Assembly (NCBI GenBank): GCA_964016885.1
Contig: OZ024762.1
Location: forward strand, 5,704,001-5,768,000
Length of the DNA: 64,000 nt
Origin: Eledone cirrhosa
Lineage: Eukaryota
Direction: 5' to 3'
Part shown: positions 51,726-64,000 of the stretch, one piece after another
Layout of the letters: the number at the start of each line of letters is the position of its first letter
Numbering within the stretch: position 1 is the first letter of the stretch
Position numbers and translations under genes: made by a program
Notes under the pieces: model-generated
Told to the model about the DNA's origin: nothing
What the model saw: only the letters and a program-made list of their open reading frames with translations
The model's database searches: none

Positions 51726-52948
51726 CACATATATATACATATATCATCCATTATCATTTAACATCCAATCTCCCAATGTATATATATATATATAAATAAA
51801 TAATTGTTTCTACTATTGGCACAAGGCCAGAAATTACCCAGTACATTACTGGTACTTTATTTTATCGACCCCGTAAGGATGAAAGGCAAAGTTAACCTCG
51901 GCGCGATTTGAACTCAGAATGGCAAGGGCCGTAACTCTATGCGCCAAAGCATGGCGTCCGACCCTCTACCGATACTGAAATAAATAATGATATATATATA
52001 TATATTATATTATATATTATATGTGATATAATTGTTTCTACTTTTGGCACAAGGCCAGCAATTACCCACTGTATTACTGGTACTTTATTTTATCGACCCC
52101 GTAAGTATGAAATGCAAAGTTAACCTCATACATTAAATGATGATAATGATATATACATATATATATATATATTATATATGATATAATATAATATATATAT
52201 ATACATATGTATAAATACCATTATCATCATTTAATGTCCAGGATTTTCTGATGTATGTATATATATGTACTAAAAATGTACATTTGTGTGATGTACATAT
52301 GTGTATACGAATGTGTGTATATGTGTATATAGTGAAGGTGCATGGCTTAATGGTTAAGGGTGGCCAGGTCAATCATAAGATCATGGAGTTCTATTCTCGG
52401 CAGCATGCTTTGTCCTTGAGCAAGACACTTTATTACATGTTGCTCCAGTTCAGTTAGCTGGCAAAAATGAGTTATACTTTAATTCGAAGAGCCAGCCTTG
52501 TCACATTCTGTTTCATTTTAAGTCCAAATCTCGCCTATGTTAAGCCTTGCCTTTCATGCTTACAGGTTTGATAAAATAAAGTACCAGTAATACACTGGGG
52601 GTAAATTTAATCAACTTTCTCCTTCCCCACAAATTGAGCCTAAATTAGAAACAATTATTTCTATCTCCTTTTCCTTCTCTCTCCATATACCCCCCCCCCC
52701 CACACACACACACATCCACCACCATATACACACATCTTCACAAACATACCCCCCCCCCCCCGCCTCACATATACCCACTACTGCATTCACACAAGCACAT
52801 ATATACACACACCCACCACCATATACACACATACACATCCCACAGCACATACCTACCACCATATATACACACAACTATCCTTATATACACATCTCACACA
52901 TACATATCCTCCACACACATGTCACAATAACCATGCCCACACATACAG

Positions 52949-53003
52949 ACCAGTAGTCCAGTTTAACAAACCACCTTAAACCTTCACACCAGACAATACC
53001 CAG
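52949..53003 (+). other. Probable non-coding 5' exon of the secreted-protein gene
   Basis: Consensus donor CAG|GTAAGT at 53003/53004 after a short non-repetitive segment; pairs plausibly with the acceptor at 55732. Exon start uncertain. Confidence 0.5.
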
Positions 53004-53047
53004 GTAAGTTTTCACTTTCTTACTTTTAATATATCTTCTTATGGACT

Positions 53048-53549
53048 AATATATATATAAAACTGAGGATGTCTGTCTGTGAGTTTGAATCCCTAAAACT
53101 CGAGAAGTACCCAACCGATTTTTTTCAAACTTTACATGTGTATTACTTATGTTTCAGGGAGGGTTATGCACATTAAAAAATTCTACTTTTTTGATCCCCT
53201 AGGGCCTGCATTACGTGAAAAACTGCGTTTTTTTCAGCTTTTTAGGGGGTTTTTTGAGGCGTTATGTCAGACCGATTTCCTTGAAATTGTAACTATGTAT
53301 TAGTCAGTCTCTTCTTCATATTGTGAGCAAAGAAAATACAACTTTTTTTTGGACTAGGGCCCGCATTAGGTGAAAACCTGCATTTTTCCTATTTCATCTA
53401 GGAAAATCTTAAAGATTATCCAGCCATCAGAGTATTCAGTTTATTTTTTTTACATATTGTCCACACATGCAGTTTTTCCACGATTAGGTCTGTTGGCGGC
53501 CCACGTTCCACATTACCTTATCCCGTGCCACACCGGGTACCACTGCTAG
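53048..53549 (+). mobile_element. Non-autonomous Helitron
   Basis: 5' atatatataaaactgaggatgtctgtctgt; 3' hairpin cccgtgccacaccggg and CTAG|T. Near-identical body at 19480-19850 and related copy at 23140-23310. Confidence 0.75.
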
Positions 53550-54533
53550 TTAACAATATATTATTTTACTGGTTTCACTTAGACTCTGGCCATACTGGGG
53601 CACCACTGGTTTCACTCATTAGACTCTGGCCATACTGGGGCACCACTGGTTTCACTCATTAGACTCTGGCCATACTGGGGCACCACTGGTTTCACTCAGA
53701 CTCTGGCCATACTGGGGTACCACATTCTTTTATTTTTTTTACTGGTTTCACTCAGACTGGCCATACTGGGGCACCACTGGGTTTCACTCATTAGACTCTG
53801 GTCATACTGGAGCAGCACCTTAAAAGGATTTTAGTCAAACATATCAACCTCAGTACTCATCCTAGTGCTTATTTTATTGAAATGGCCAGTTTACAGGGCT
53901 TAAACACAGACACAAACGCATACAACATACACACGTCCCACCCTTGCAAGCTGGGAAAAGCGGGCATAACATGATGATGATGATGATGATACACACTTCC
54001 CTCATTTTTCATTTTTTTAATGCTTATCCTTCCTTCCCTTTTTAAACATTTTCATGTTTATATTCACTTAATGCTGTCTACCTGGCTTTTTATTTCTCAA
54101 CTGAATACTTTCCCTCGTCTGCCATGACTTACTAGCTCTGTACGGACGTTTAAATTGATTAAATAAATAATTCCAAACAAGTTTACTGGGTGTTTTTATC
54201 ACAGCACCAGCACTACCACTTTACAGTGTACTGTGTGTTTTTATCACAGCTCCAGCACTACCACTTTACAGTGTACTGTGTGTTTTTATCACAGCTCCAG
54301 CACTACCACTTTACAGTGTACTGGGTGCATTTTTCATATAAACTATAAATGATATATTTACTTATAAGTTTCAGAAAGCCAGTACAATGTGATAGAGAAT
54401 ATATAAAGGGCAAAGGATGACAAATAAAACAAAACAAAGTAATGTTTTATCCAGTATATTTCAGGACCCTCTTTTCAAATGAAAAATGGAAACAGTTCAA
54501 AACAAAATAAATGATCGTTGTGTTCTTCCTTAA

Positions 54534-55573
54534 CCTTTTAGCATTCACATTAATTTGTCAAATGTCATGTTTATCTGTTCACATTATTTTCAGTTAATCG
54601 TACTCAAGAGGGTTATCAATTTTATGTTTGTAATTTTCTTAATGTTCTATGTGCAGGCTTGAAATTTTGTCAGTAGATGTTTAAATATCAATAATTTACA
54701 ATTATATAATATTACCTGATTTTTTTTGGTTAAATTTGACTTTTATGGGCAGGTGAAATTAATTAATAGGGGCATTTGAAGTATCAACTAGGTGCAAATA
54801 CTGGTTTAATTTTAAATACATTTTCGGCATAATATTTGATAAATAAGGATCACTAAACCTTATATTAGTGTTCCAGTAATTCCAGTCTTGGAAATTGTTT
54901 TATACTGAACATAATATTTACGGTAAAAAATGCTTGCATTTCTGCAGCATCTGTCGGTCGCCAAACAGATCGGGTTTTCCTCGATTTGAAATCTGTTGTT
55001 GGGCATATCGATTAATCTCTTCTGCCACAACTTCGAAGAAAGTTTGTGGTAAAGACAAAAAGAAATAATCCAGTGCTTTAGTATCGGGAGCTAATGTGTG
55101 TTGTAAACCAATATTTTGAATAAAATCGGGAACATATATTGGTGTGGTATTTTTTCAACCACGTTGCTGTAATATTTTCAATGGCGTCCTAGAGATCTCC
55201 TTCGTTTTCACTTTCAAAACAACAATCATCGTCGGATGAAATTTCAGAAATGTAAACATCTGATTCATTTGAAGATAAATCACTAATATTATCTTTTGTT
55301 TCTTGTTCATTCTGAATATCGTCATGTGTAAAACCTTCAAAGTCGGTATTGCTACTTTCACAAGCCATGTTGATACACAAAAAAATCTGTTCTACTTTCA
55401 ACGTTTAAAAAACACGTTGTTTTAAGTTGTTTCACTATATTAAGTGTTAATTTTCGCGGTAAGGGCCTAATCTCGCAATAATCTCAAATTGACAAGATTT
55501 TGATGACGGTATTGTTAATTTTTAGAACAATATTTTAGTGTGGGTGTTATCGGACGGTTTGAACACTAAAAGG
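54534..55573 (-). mobile_element. Internally deleted piggyBac DNA transposon
   Basis: TTAA at 54530-54533 and 55574-55577. TIRs CCTTTTAGCATTCA / TGAACACTAAAAGG. Minus-strand relic with acidic N-terminus (SSNTDFEGFT...) and EVVAEEINRYAQQ...TDAAEMQAFF, typical of piggyBac/PGBD transposases. Confidence 0.85.
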
Positions 55574-55745
55574 TTAACTGATCTAAGTGTCTGAAATATA
55601 CATGCATGGAACCATTATAGTAGCCAAGCTGCTTCGTGTATTTCCAATCTATTATTTATTTATAGCTTTTTCTTGTAGATGATAACCATCTCTTTCAATC
55701 AAATTATGTTGTATTTACTATTTTTTTTGCAGGCAAATCTTCAGG

Positions 55746-58418
55746 ATGTTTGATCAGAAGATGGCATCCATTACAGCAATTTTTCTGTTGGTCTTCTTAT
55801 CATGTGGACTGGGTAGAAATTGGAACATCCCAACCTCGGAAACTTCAGAAACTCCTGATCAGAAAGCCACACACAATATATCTGTGGAACCTTTACAGCA
55901 ATTTACAGTGAGACCTACACAACACTCGGTCGAGATACTAAACTCTTCTACTCAGAACTACCACTCAAAGCAACCTGGTGCATTCCAAACAAAGACAGTA
56001 CAGGATTTTCTACGATTTCCAAGAAAAGAAGATTCAGAACAGTTTTGGATTGACCACCCGGAATTCAAGGGATTTGCTGACTTGCCAGCGAATTTGACCA
56101 ATTATCCAAAGTGGTTGATAAAGTTAATGTCACCAAAGAAAATGATCAAACCACTCAACGAAAGACATGACCAAGACCAGACATCACCATTTCCTCAAAA
56201 TGACCAGTTTGTTGATGCTGACCAACAACAAGAACGAACCATTAACTTCCCTGTTGAAAATGGTCAAGCAATGAATGGTCATCAACAAGAACCACTGACT
56301 AATGATTTCCCTGTTGAAGATGGTCAAGCAATGGGTGGACATGGACAAGAACCACCAAGACAGTTACATGCAAGAGGGCAATGGTTAAATCCAGGTGATA
56401 CAAGGAATGACCTACCAATGGTTTTATTTCCCACACAAAGAATTCAGACGAAGTTTGTCCCTACCATGGAGATTTTCCCAATGAATCCCGCTATTGCTCA
56501 AGCCAGGAATTTCTTTTGGCCTCCACCAGCAACAGATGAACAATTACAAAATATCCAAATTCAAAGACATCCCCAAGTTTTTGATCAACCAATGTTTTAC
56601 AGAAAATATCAACCAAATCAATACTATCCAGGTTTAGAAAACAATAAAGGGTTTCAGAGTTTCCAGCCACAAATGGTATTCCAAGATATAGATCATAGAT
56701 CAAACACACTTCAGAGAAACACACCAAGAATTCTGGCAAGAAACGATTTTCTGTTCAGCGAAAATCCAAATTTAAGAAACAAGTTGGTTGTTTTTCCAGT
56801 AGAAGTATTGTCAGAAAGAGATGCAATTATGCCACCACAAAGAAAGAAACGTGAAGCAAGAGACAACCATGTAGAATTTGATGACAATAAATCTAAATAT
56901 TTCTATCCAAGAAACAGATGGTCGGAAAGGGAAGATCCTTTTGGATTTAACAACTTCCAATTTGAGAATCGATGGTTACCGTATGTCTCTCACAGAAATC
57001 TTGGTCGAAAACAAAGACTTCCTGTTGTGATGGTGAATCTGGACAGAAATTCAGCTCCGATTGATAACAATGGAAATACCAAACCCCCAGAAGCAATGGA
57101 ACCGTCAGAAATTAACAGACAAAATGAAGCTGAAAAGGCAGGAAGACGAGGTTCAGAGAAATCAAATTTTTTGTTTGTGGGTGAAGGACCTTGGATGCCA
57201 GATCAGGGACCAAGGAACAACATACAGGCACAAAATAGACTTAATATCAACAATGAACCACAAAGATTTGGTGGAAATATATACTCGGAGATGTTTCCAA
57301 ATTCTCAAAACAGAAACAATGAGGACAACTGGAGAAATTCTTTTCCAGAGAAACTAGGTGAGAATTTGAATAATGGTCATTTGTCAAACAAGGATTCTAC
57401 CACAAACATAGCACCTGGTGGTATTCAAGAGACAAACCATGATGATGGGCATGGGAAAATGTTAGCAGCAACGCCACCATATCCTATTTTCAATGGAAGC
57501 CTAAAGAAATCTGAGAGAACTGGTGACAGACAATTCCAGTCCCTCTTACCAGTATTTCCAAATTACATTCTGAAGAAGTTTTCTCAAAAGAAAGCCACCC
57601 CTCCAGATTACAAAAAAGGAATAGATGTCCTTCTTCGTGGAGCCCAAGGTGGTGACGCGAACGGGTGCCACTACAATTGTACTTTGGCAGCAAATCCAGT
57701 GGCCAGACACAACCATGTTTTGAGTGACCCTTTAAAGGAAACCGTTACCCATGGAGACAAAAATAACCAAGCAGCAAGAACTAATCCACTGCCAGTGAAA
57801 GATTTTCTTCCAACTTCACCGAAATTTTTAAAAAATCCAAAGAAGCTTCAACTGACGAGAAGGAAACGTGATCTGTCAGAGTTTGATCTCTCCCTACCTA
57901 TCCACCATGTCAGCCCCTTAACTGCTGCTGTTGCTGAAAATGTAAATGCTGTTAGTCACCACATGGAATTCCATTCCAACAATTTCTTAAATGGACATGA
58001 CAATTTCAACCTGTTTGGAAAAACTTTCAGTTTCCACGGGGACAATATGAAGCAACATCTGGGCAAGGACATGGCCGGGATGGAAAATCAAAGACGATGG
58101 TTTGAATCCTTCTCATATCCAGACTGGGGGAAATCAATCAGGGATGAATTACTAGAAGGTTCACAGAACCATTGGAACATGGTTGGTTTGGGAAACCCTC
58201 GCTTGGACCATTGGCCATCAAAGTACTCAATACCGGTGGCAGCAGTCCCCAGAGCAAACCCTGAACAGGTGTCATACACAACCCGATATCGCTACAGATT
58301 TGGTATCTACCCAGGGTACACTGATTATAAGCCTAATATTGATAACCACAAGGTCTACTTCAAATATGACCCCCACCAACAAACCGCTCCAGATGCTTTT
58401 CTGCCTTTCCGTAGTTAG
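55746..58418 (+). CDS. Uncharacterised 890-aa secreted precursor protein (signal peptide, furin-type cleavage sites), single coding exon
   Basis: Uninterrupted 2.67-kb complex-sequence ORF in an otherwise repeat-filled region. Acceptor ttttttttgcag| at 55732 lies just before the ATG. Hydrophobic N-terminus MASITAIFLLVFLSCGLG; RKKR at 56841-56852 and RRKR at 57858-57869; AATAAA at 58760. No domain recognised. Confidence 0.88.
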   Translation: MFDQKMASITAIFLLVFLSCGLGRNWNIPTSETSETPDQKATHNISVEPLQQFTVRPTQHSVEILNSSTQNYHSKQPGAFQTKTVQDFLRFPRKEDSEQFWIDHPEFKGFADLPANLTNYPKWLIKLMSPKKMIKPLNERHDQDQTSPFPQNDQFVDADQQQERTINFPVENGQAMNGHQQEPLTNDFPVEDGQAMGGHGQEPPRQLHARGQWLNPGDTRNDLPMVLFPTQRIQTKFVPTMEIFPMNPAIAQARNFFWPPPATDEQLQNIQIQRHPQVFDQPMFYRKYQPNQYYPGLENNKGFQSFQPQMVFQDIDHRSNTLQRNTPRILARNDFLFSENPNLRNKLVVFPVEVLSERDAIMPPQRKKREARDNHVEFDDNKSKYFYPRNRWSEREDPFGFNNFQFENRWLPYVSHRNLGRKQRLPVVMVNLDRNSAPIDNNGNTKPPEAMEPSEINRQNEAEKAGRRGSEKSNFLFVGEGPWMPDQGPRNNIQAQNRLNINNEPQRFGGNIYSEMFPNSQNRNNEDNWRNSFPEKLGENLNNGHLSNKDSTTNIAPGGIQETNHDDGHGKMLAATPPYPIFNGSLKKSERTGDRQFQSLLPVFPNYILKKFSQKKATPPDYKKGIDVLLRGAQGGDANGCHYNCTLAANPVARHNHVLSDPLKETVTHGDKNNQAARTNPLPVKDFLPTSPKFLKNPKKLQLTRRKRDLSEFDLSLPIHHVSPLTAAVAENVNAVSHHMEFHSNNFLNGHDNFNLFGKTFSFHGDNMKQHLGKDMAGMENQRRWFESFSYPDWGKSIRDELLEGSQNHWNMVGLGNPRLDHWPSKYSIPVAAVPRANPEQVSYTTRYRYRFGIYPGYTDYKPNIDNHKVYFKYDPHQQTAPDAFLPFRS

Positions 58419-58759
58419 TTAAATTGCTGACGTGATAATGAGAATTTTCGTCTTATAACATCGACATAATGATGATAATAATAATAATAATAATAATAAC
58501 CCCAAAATGAATGATTAAAATAGAAACACTCCCTATAATAATAGATACACTGGGAATGATAAAAAAAAACCACAGACAGATACATAAGCAAAACTTCAGA
58601 ACTTACAAATACATATAAGACACAGGAAATAACACTACTAGACACTGCACACATATTATATAAAGTACTCTCAATACAATAGAAACATCTCCACCAAAAA
58701 CCACACTGCACATACCCAAGGCACACATAACTGCACTCAGTAATGTAGTGATGACATGC

Positions 58760-58765
58760 AATAAA
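58760..58765 (+). promoter_or_regulatory. Candidate polyadenylation signal of the secreted-protein gene
   Basis: AATAAA about 340 nt after the stop codon, followed by a T-rich tract. Confidence 0.45.
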
Positions 58766-58830
58766 AATAAGACTAATAGTAATTGTTTTTTAAACTACCA
58801 GCTATAGCATCAATACCATGTAACAGCAAA

Positions 58831-58863
<33 letters not shown>

Positions 58864-59903
58864 AAAAATGGTTTCTGATTGAGACACAAAGTCAACAATT
58901 TTGAGGGAAAGAAAAGTTCATTAAATTTACCCCAGCGTGATAATAATAATGGTTTCTGGTTTAAACAAAAAGGCCAACAATTTGGCTGGAGGGGAAAGTC
59001 AATTAAATCTACCCCCAGTGTATTATTGGTACTTCATTTTATTGACCCCCCTCCCAAAAAGGATGAAAGGCAAGATTTGAACTCAGAATGTAAAGGGCCA
59101 CAACTGCAAAACTGTGTCTGATGCTCTACTGATTCTGCTAATCCACAATGATTTCTTTTATTGAAGACAATACAAAGAACAAGGTTTTTTTATAAAAAGA
59201 ATAAAAGTGGGGTGGGGTCGGGGTAAATTGAGCAAAGAACAAAATATTAATATTATTATTCTTATTAGAAACCACAGGGACAGTGGTTTGGCAGAGTGTC
59301 AGACATGCTTTGTAGCATAGAGTTATAGCCCTTTACATTCTGAGTTCAAATCTTGCCGAAGTTAGCTTTGCCTTTCATCATTACGGGGGTCGATAAAGTA
59401 AATTACCAGTAATGCACTGGGGTTGATTTAATCATCTGTGCCCCCCCCCCTCCACAAAAAATAAAACTGCTGGCCTTGTGCCTAAATTAGAAACCATTAT
59501 TATTATTGTTGTTGTTAAATAATTTTAATAAAAATGATGAGAACAACTAAGAGTTATTCTTTATATCTGCCACAGGGGCAAAAAACAAACACTACAGATG
59601 TTAAAACAATGATGATGATGTGTCAGAGCACGCATCTTAACCCTGACAACGCAACCTTACTGCTTGGCATTGAAGAATTGGTTGAGAGGCCAATCTTATG
59701 CCAAGCCCATCGGTTGTAATACCTTTCCTAAAGGCCTCCTCCAGGTTTCTAACTACCTTTCCACCTCATCAGGTTTTCTCTAGCACAACAACAACACCAA
59801 GTCAATTCAATTAAAAAAGAACAAAACACATCAGAAGTAAATGTTAATATTTTCAATTTAAAAAACAAAATTTTCTATAAATTTATGGTCTATATATGTG
59901 TAT

Positions 59904-59952
<49 letters not shown>

Positions 59953-60003
59953 TCCACGGTCAATGACTTGAATTTTTATTTCATTGTTGTAACATATATA
60001 TAC

Positions 60004-60136
<133 letters not shown>

Positions 60137-60153
60137 CATATATATATATATAC

Positions 60154-60198
<45 letters not shown>

Positions 60199-60213
60199 CA
60201 TATATATATATAC

Positions 60214-60352
<139 letters not shown>

Positions 60353-60421
60353 TCCACGGTTAATGATTTAAATTTTTATTTCATTGTTGTAACATATATA
60401 TATATATATATACATATATAC

Positions 60422-60453
<32 letters not shown>

Positions 60454-60541
60454 TTATACATGCAGACACAAATATATACACACACATACATAGAGGTAAC
60501 AAGCCGAAACTGCTAAGCTCACAGTAGATCCTCTACTTTGA

Positions 60542-60593
<52 letters not shown>

Positions 60594-60599
<6 letters not shown>

Positions 60600-61822
60600 G
60601 GATACAAATACATATGTATATATATATATATATACATGGATACAAATACATATGTATATATATATATATACACATGGATACAAATACATATGTATATATA
60701 TATACACGGATACAAATACATATGTATATATATATACATGGATACAAATACATATGTATATATATACACATGGATACAAATACATATGTATATATATATA
60801 CATGGATATAAATACATATGTATATATATACATGGATATAAATACATATGTATATATATACATGGATACAAATACATATGTATATATATATATACACATG
60901 GATACAAATACATATGTATATATATACACATGGATACAAATACATATGTATATATACACATGGATACAAATACATATGTATATATATATACATGGATACA
61001 AATACATATGTATACAAATACATATGTATATATATACACATAAATACATATGTATATATATACATGGATACAAATAGATATGTATATATATACATGGATA
61101 TAAATACATATGTATATATATACATGGATATAAATACATATGTATATATATATATACATGGATACAAATACATATGTATATATATACATGGATACAAATA
61201 CATATGTATATATATACACATGGGTACAAATACATATGTATATATATACACATGGATACAAATACATATGCATATATATATACATGGATACAAATACATA
61301 TGTATATATACACATGGATACAAATACATATGTATATATATACATGGATACAAATACATATGTATATATATACATGGATATAAATACATATGTATATATA
61401 TATACACATGGATACAAATACATATGTATATATATACACATGGATATAAATACATATGTATATATATATACATGGATACAAATACATATGTATATATATA
61501 CATGGATACAAATAGATATGTATATATATATACATGGATATAAATACATATGTATATATATACATGGATACAAATACATATGTATATATATACATGGATA
61601 CAAATACATATGTATATATATACATGGATACAAATACATATGTATATATATACATGGATACAAATACATATGTATATATATATATACATGGATACAAATA
61701 CATATGTATATATATACATGGATACAAATACATATGTATATATATATACATGGGTACAAATACATATGTATATATATACATGGATACAAATACATATGTA
61801 TATATACACATGGATATAAATA
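60594..61822. repeat. Minisatellite, 30-36-bp unit with variable (TA)n
   Basis: catggatacaaatacatatg(ta)n. Confidence 0.95.
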
Positions 61823-62140
61823 GATATCGTATTTCCTGGGTCCGAAGACACTATTTTTTTCTTAAAATAAGTCTCGAAAATCTGCCCATGTATCCGGGAG
61901 GCCGAAGGTTGTGTTTCTCATTGGAATATCCTAACCCCAGAGGAAAATTATATGACCTCTCAATGAAGTGTACAAATTAAACTTAATTATAGTAGGAAAT
62001 AAATAAAATATCATAAAAATTTAGGTAACAAGACCCACAGTGCCGAGACCTTATTCTTATGTTTATCATTATTTTTCAAATTTTTGGTTGTCAAAGCTGG
62101 GGTGTGTCCTCAGGGCAGAGTGTCTTCAACAACGGGAAAT

Positions 62141-62175
<35 letters not shown>

Positions 62176-62406
62176 CAGGATGGATTCAGTTTAAAACTGG
62201 TTAGACCATTACATTACTCACCAGAGTACTCGATACTTGGAGTAGTAGAGTATGGTTGTATTATAAAGAGTCAGGACCCCGACGGCTGAGCTCTTGCCAT
62301 TTTAACAGCTAGTTCCAGACTCGAACTGGCTGTTGAAACGGCAAGAGCTCAGCCGTCGGGGTCCTAAGTCTTTATAATATATATAGGTATACATATAAAT
62401 ATATAT

Positions 62407-62438
<32 letters not shown>

Positions 62439-62526
62439 ACACTCACTGAGGTACACTGATGATGCCATACAACACCACCAGAAGTCAAACCAAAACTGTA
62501 ATCCATTAGGAATGTCTTGAAGCAGC

Positions 62527-63381
62527 TTAAGTTTGTAGATTTGAGTGAAGAGAACGGTATTTATCCTTGTGGAAGTTGGAACATTGGGAGAATTTACTTT
62601 TATACACAGACAATGGAACGTCCTTGTTGCTAAGGAACACTTTATTTAACCAATGTCCAAGTTTGCCACTGGTTAGATTTAATTTCGAGTCTTTTGTGTC
62701 CACATCACCAATCTTGGCAATGGCAACCGAAAATATATAGCCAGTCATGAAGGCATCAAAACCAGATGAATGTCCACATGGGGCCGTTGTATTCTTTGTG
62801 GGATCTACGTTATGGGAGCTGCTTAGCACTTCTGTCTCTTTGGTGGCAGAAGCAATGCAATCACCACTGCCTCGTCCTTCTCTACCTCCTCCTGGTTTAA
62901 CACTATTACTTGTTTTTGTCTTGTCTAACACATCAGGTGGACTCCCTCCCAAATTAGGTTGCAGATTTCCATCCTTCTCTCTATTGATCTGAGAATGTGG
63001 ACTACTTGTTGTCATTGACGACTCATCAATGTCTGTTGTGTGTTGGGTGTCACCATCACTCAGTTCCCCAGTGACTCTACAACTGCTGCCACAGCCACCA
63101 TTGTTGTCATCATTATTATCAGCATCACTGGCATCTGATGACAAACTTTCTCTGCCAGCACCGGCAGCCGATGGTTTGGCATGCTTTGCAGGAGACGCCC
63201 CGTCGATCAATTTGGGGCCCTTCACATGCCGGACAGATGCCCCATGCCCCTTATGCTTCCTCTCACGCTTCCTCTTCCTCTTCACCTCCATCTTCAGCAG
63301 ACTCTGCTCATCAAGATCCAGGACTAAATCTACATCATGGCTCTTTACACACTTTTGTCCACTGCGACACCAGCCATGAGC
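62527..63381 (-). CDS. TOE1: Terminal coding exon of TOE1 (Target of EGR1, CAF1-family DEDDh 3' exonuclease/deadenylase); upstream exons lie beyond the window
   Basis: Acceptor ttctgttggcag| precedes 63381 (phase 0, 285 codons including stop). The protein has the distal part of the CCCH finger (AHGWC-x5-C-x3-H DVDLVLD), a basic NLS (KRKRKRERK), the ExoIII motif HSSGFDAFMTGY and C-terminal NKVFLSNKDVPLSVYKSKFS, all matching TOE1 as I recall it. Confidence 0.93.
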   Translation of the reverse strand, partial: AHGWCRSGQKCVKSHDVDLVLDLDEQSLLKMEVKRKRKRERKHKGHGASVRHVKGPKLIDGASPAKHAKPSAAGAGRESLSSDASDADNNDDNNGGCGSSCRVTGELSDGDTQHTTDIDESSMTTSSPHSQINREKDGNLQPNLGGSPPDVLDKTKTSNSVKPGGGREGRGSGDCIASATKETEVLSSSHNVDPTKNTTAPCGHSSGFDAFMTGYIFSVAIAKIGDVDTKDSKLNLTSGKLGHWLNKVFLSNKDVPLSVYKSKFSQCSNFHKDKYRSLHSNLQT

Positions 63382-63529
63382 CTGCCAACAGAAGACAGAC
63401 AAAAACAGAATTGATCAATTCATTTATAGAAGAAACTAATCTATAAGACAATTTGTTAACAAATATATCCATGGATGATTATTGTTGGGTGAAGAAATGA
63501 CACGAGATTTGAGTGGTTGAAAGCTGCAG

Positions 63530-64000
63530 GAGAGGAAGACTGAGGAAAGTTTGAACAGAAGTGGTGAGAGTCGACCTCAGAATACTGAACTTCACAGAGG
63601 AGATGATGAAGGAACATAACAAGTGGAGGGTGGCTACAGAAGAGGAAGACCAAGGAAGACCTGGTCAGAAGTGATGAGAGATTACTTCAAAGTTCTGAAC
63701 CTCACAAAGGAAATGATGAAGGAACATAACAAGTGGAAGGAGGCTACAGAAGAGGAAGACCAAGGAAGACCTGGGCAGAAGTGATGAGAGATTACTTCAA
63801 AGTTCTGAACCTCACAAAGGAGATGATGAAGGAACATAACAAGTGGAGGGTGGCTACAGAAGAGGAAGACCAAGGAAGACCTGGGCAGAAGTGATGAGAG
63901 ATTACTTAAAAGTTCTGAACCTCACAAAGGAGATGATGAAGGAACATAACAAGTGGAAGGAGGCTACAGAAGAGGAAGACCAAGGAAGACCTGGTCAGAA
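63530..64000 (+). repeat. 110-bp tandem repeat derived from an RTE LINE 3' end, inside the last TOE1 intron
   Basis: Period 110 (63601, 63711, 63821, 63931); encodes RGRPRKTW. Confidence 0.88.

Noticed and set aside
60454-61851. Long ORFs of 420-465 aa on the minus strand, and many other YI/CV/HT-rich ORFs across the window
   Set aside because: Translations of (TA)n/(CA)n microsatellites and minisatellites that happen to lack stop codons; open in several frames at once
63382-63402. ORF-track N-terminus MSVFCWQ of the TOE1 ORF
   Set aside because: Intronic pyrimidine tract and acceptor; the true exon starts at 63381

Overview
AT-rich, microsatellite-saturated animal genomic DNA. The SINE/RTE/Helitron repertoire and (TA)n density suggest an octopus (coleoid cephalopod); this is an inference. 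Two protein-coding units are well supported and lie tail-to-tail at the right end. One is the terminal exon of TOE1 (minus strand, 62527-63381). The other is an unrecognised 890-aa secreted precursor with a signal peptide and two furin-type sites (plus strand, 55746-58418), whose upstream intron holds a piggyBac relic and a Helitron. The rest is mostly mobile DNA: RTE-clade LINE fragments, two Penelope-like (GIY-YIG) relics, CRE-like and R4/Dong-like relics, Helitrons, tRNA-derived SINEs and several minisatellites. The most striking non-coding signal is a cluster of about 15 minimal type I hammerhead ribozyme motifs, some intact and some decayed. They sit in short (TA)n-embedded elements, often as inverted pairs, mainly at 5.7-14.6 kb. 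A few isolated exon-like islands hint at further spliced genes but are low confidence. Almost all other ORFs in the track are microsatellite artefacts. Boundaries were read by eye and are approximate unless a motif is quoted.
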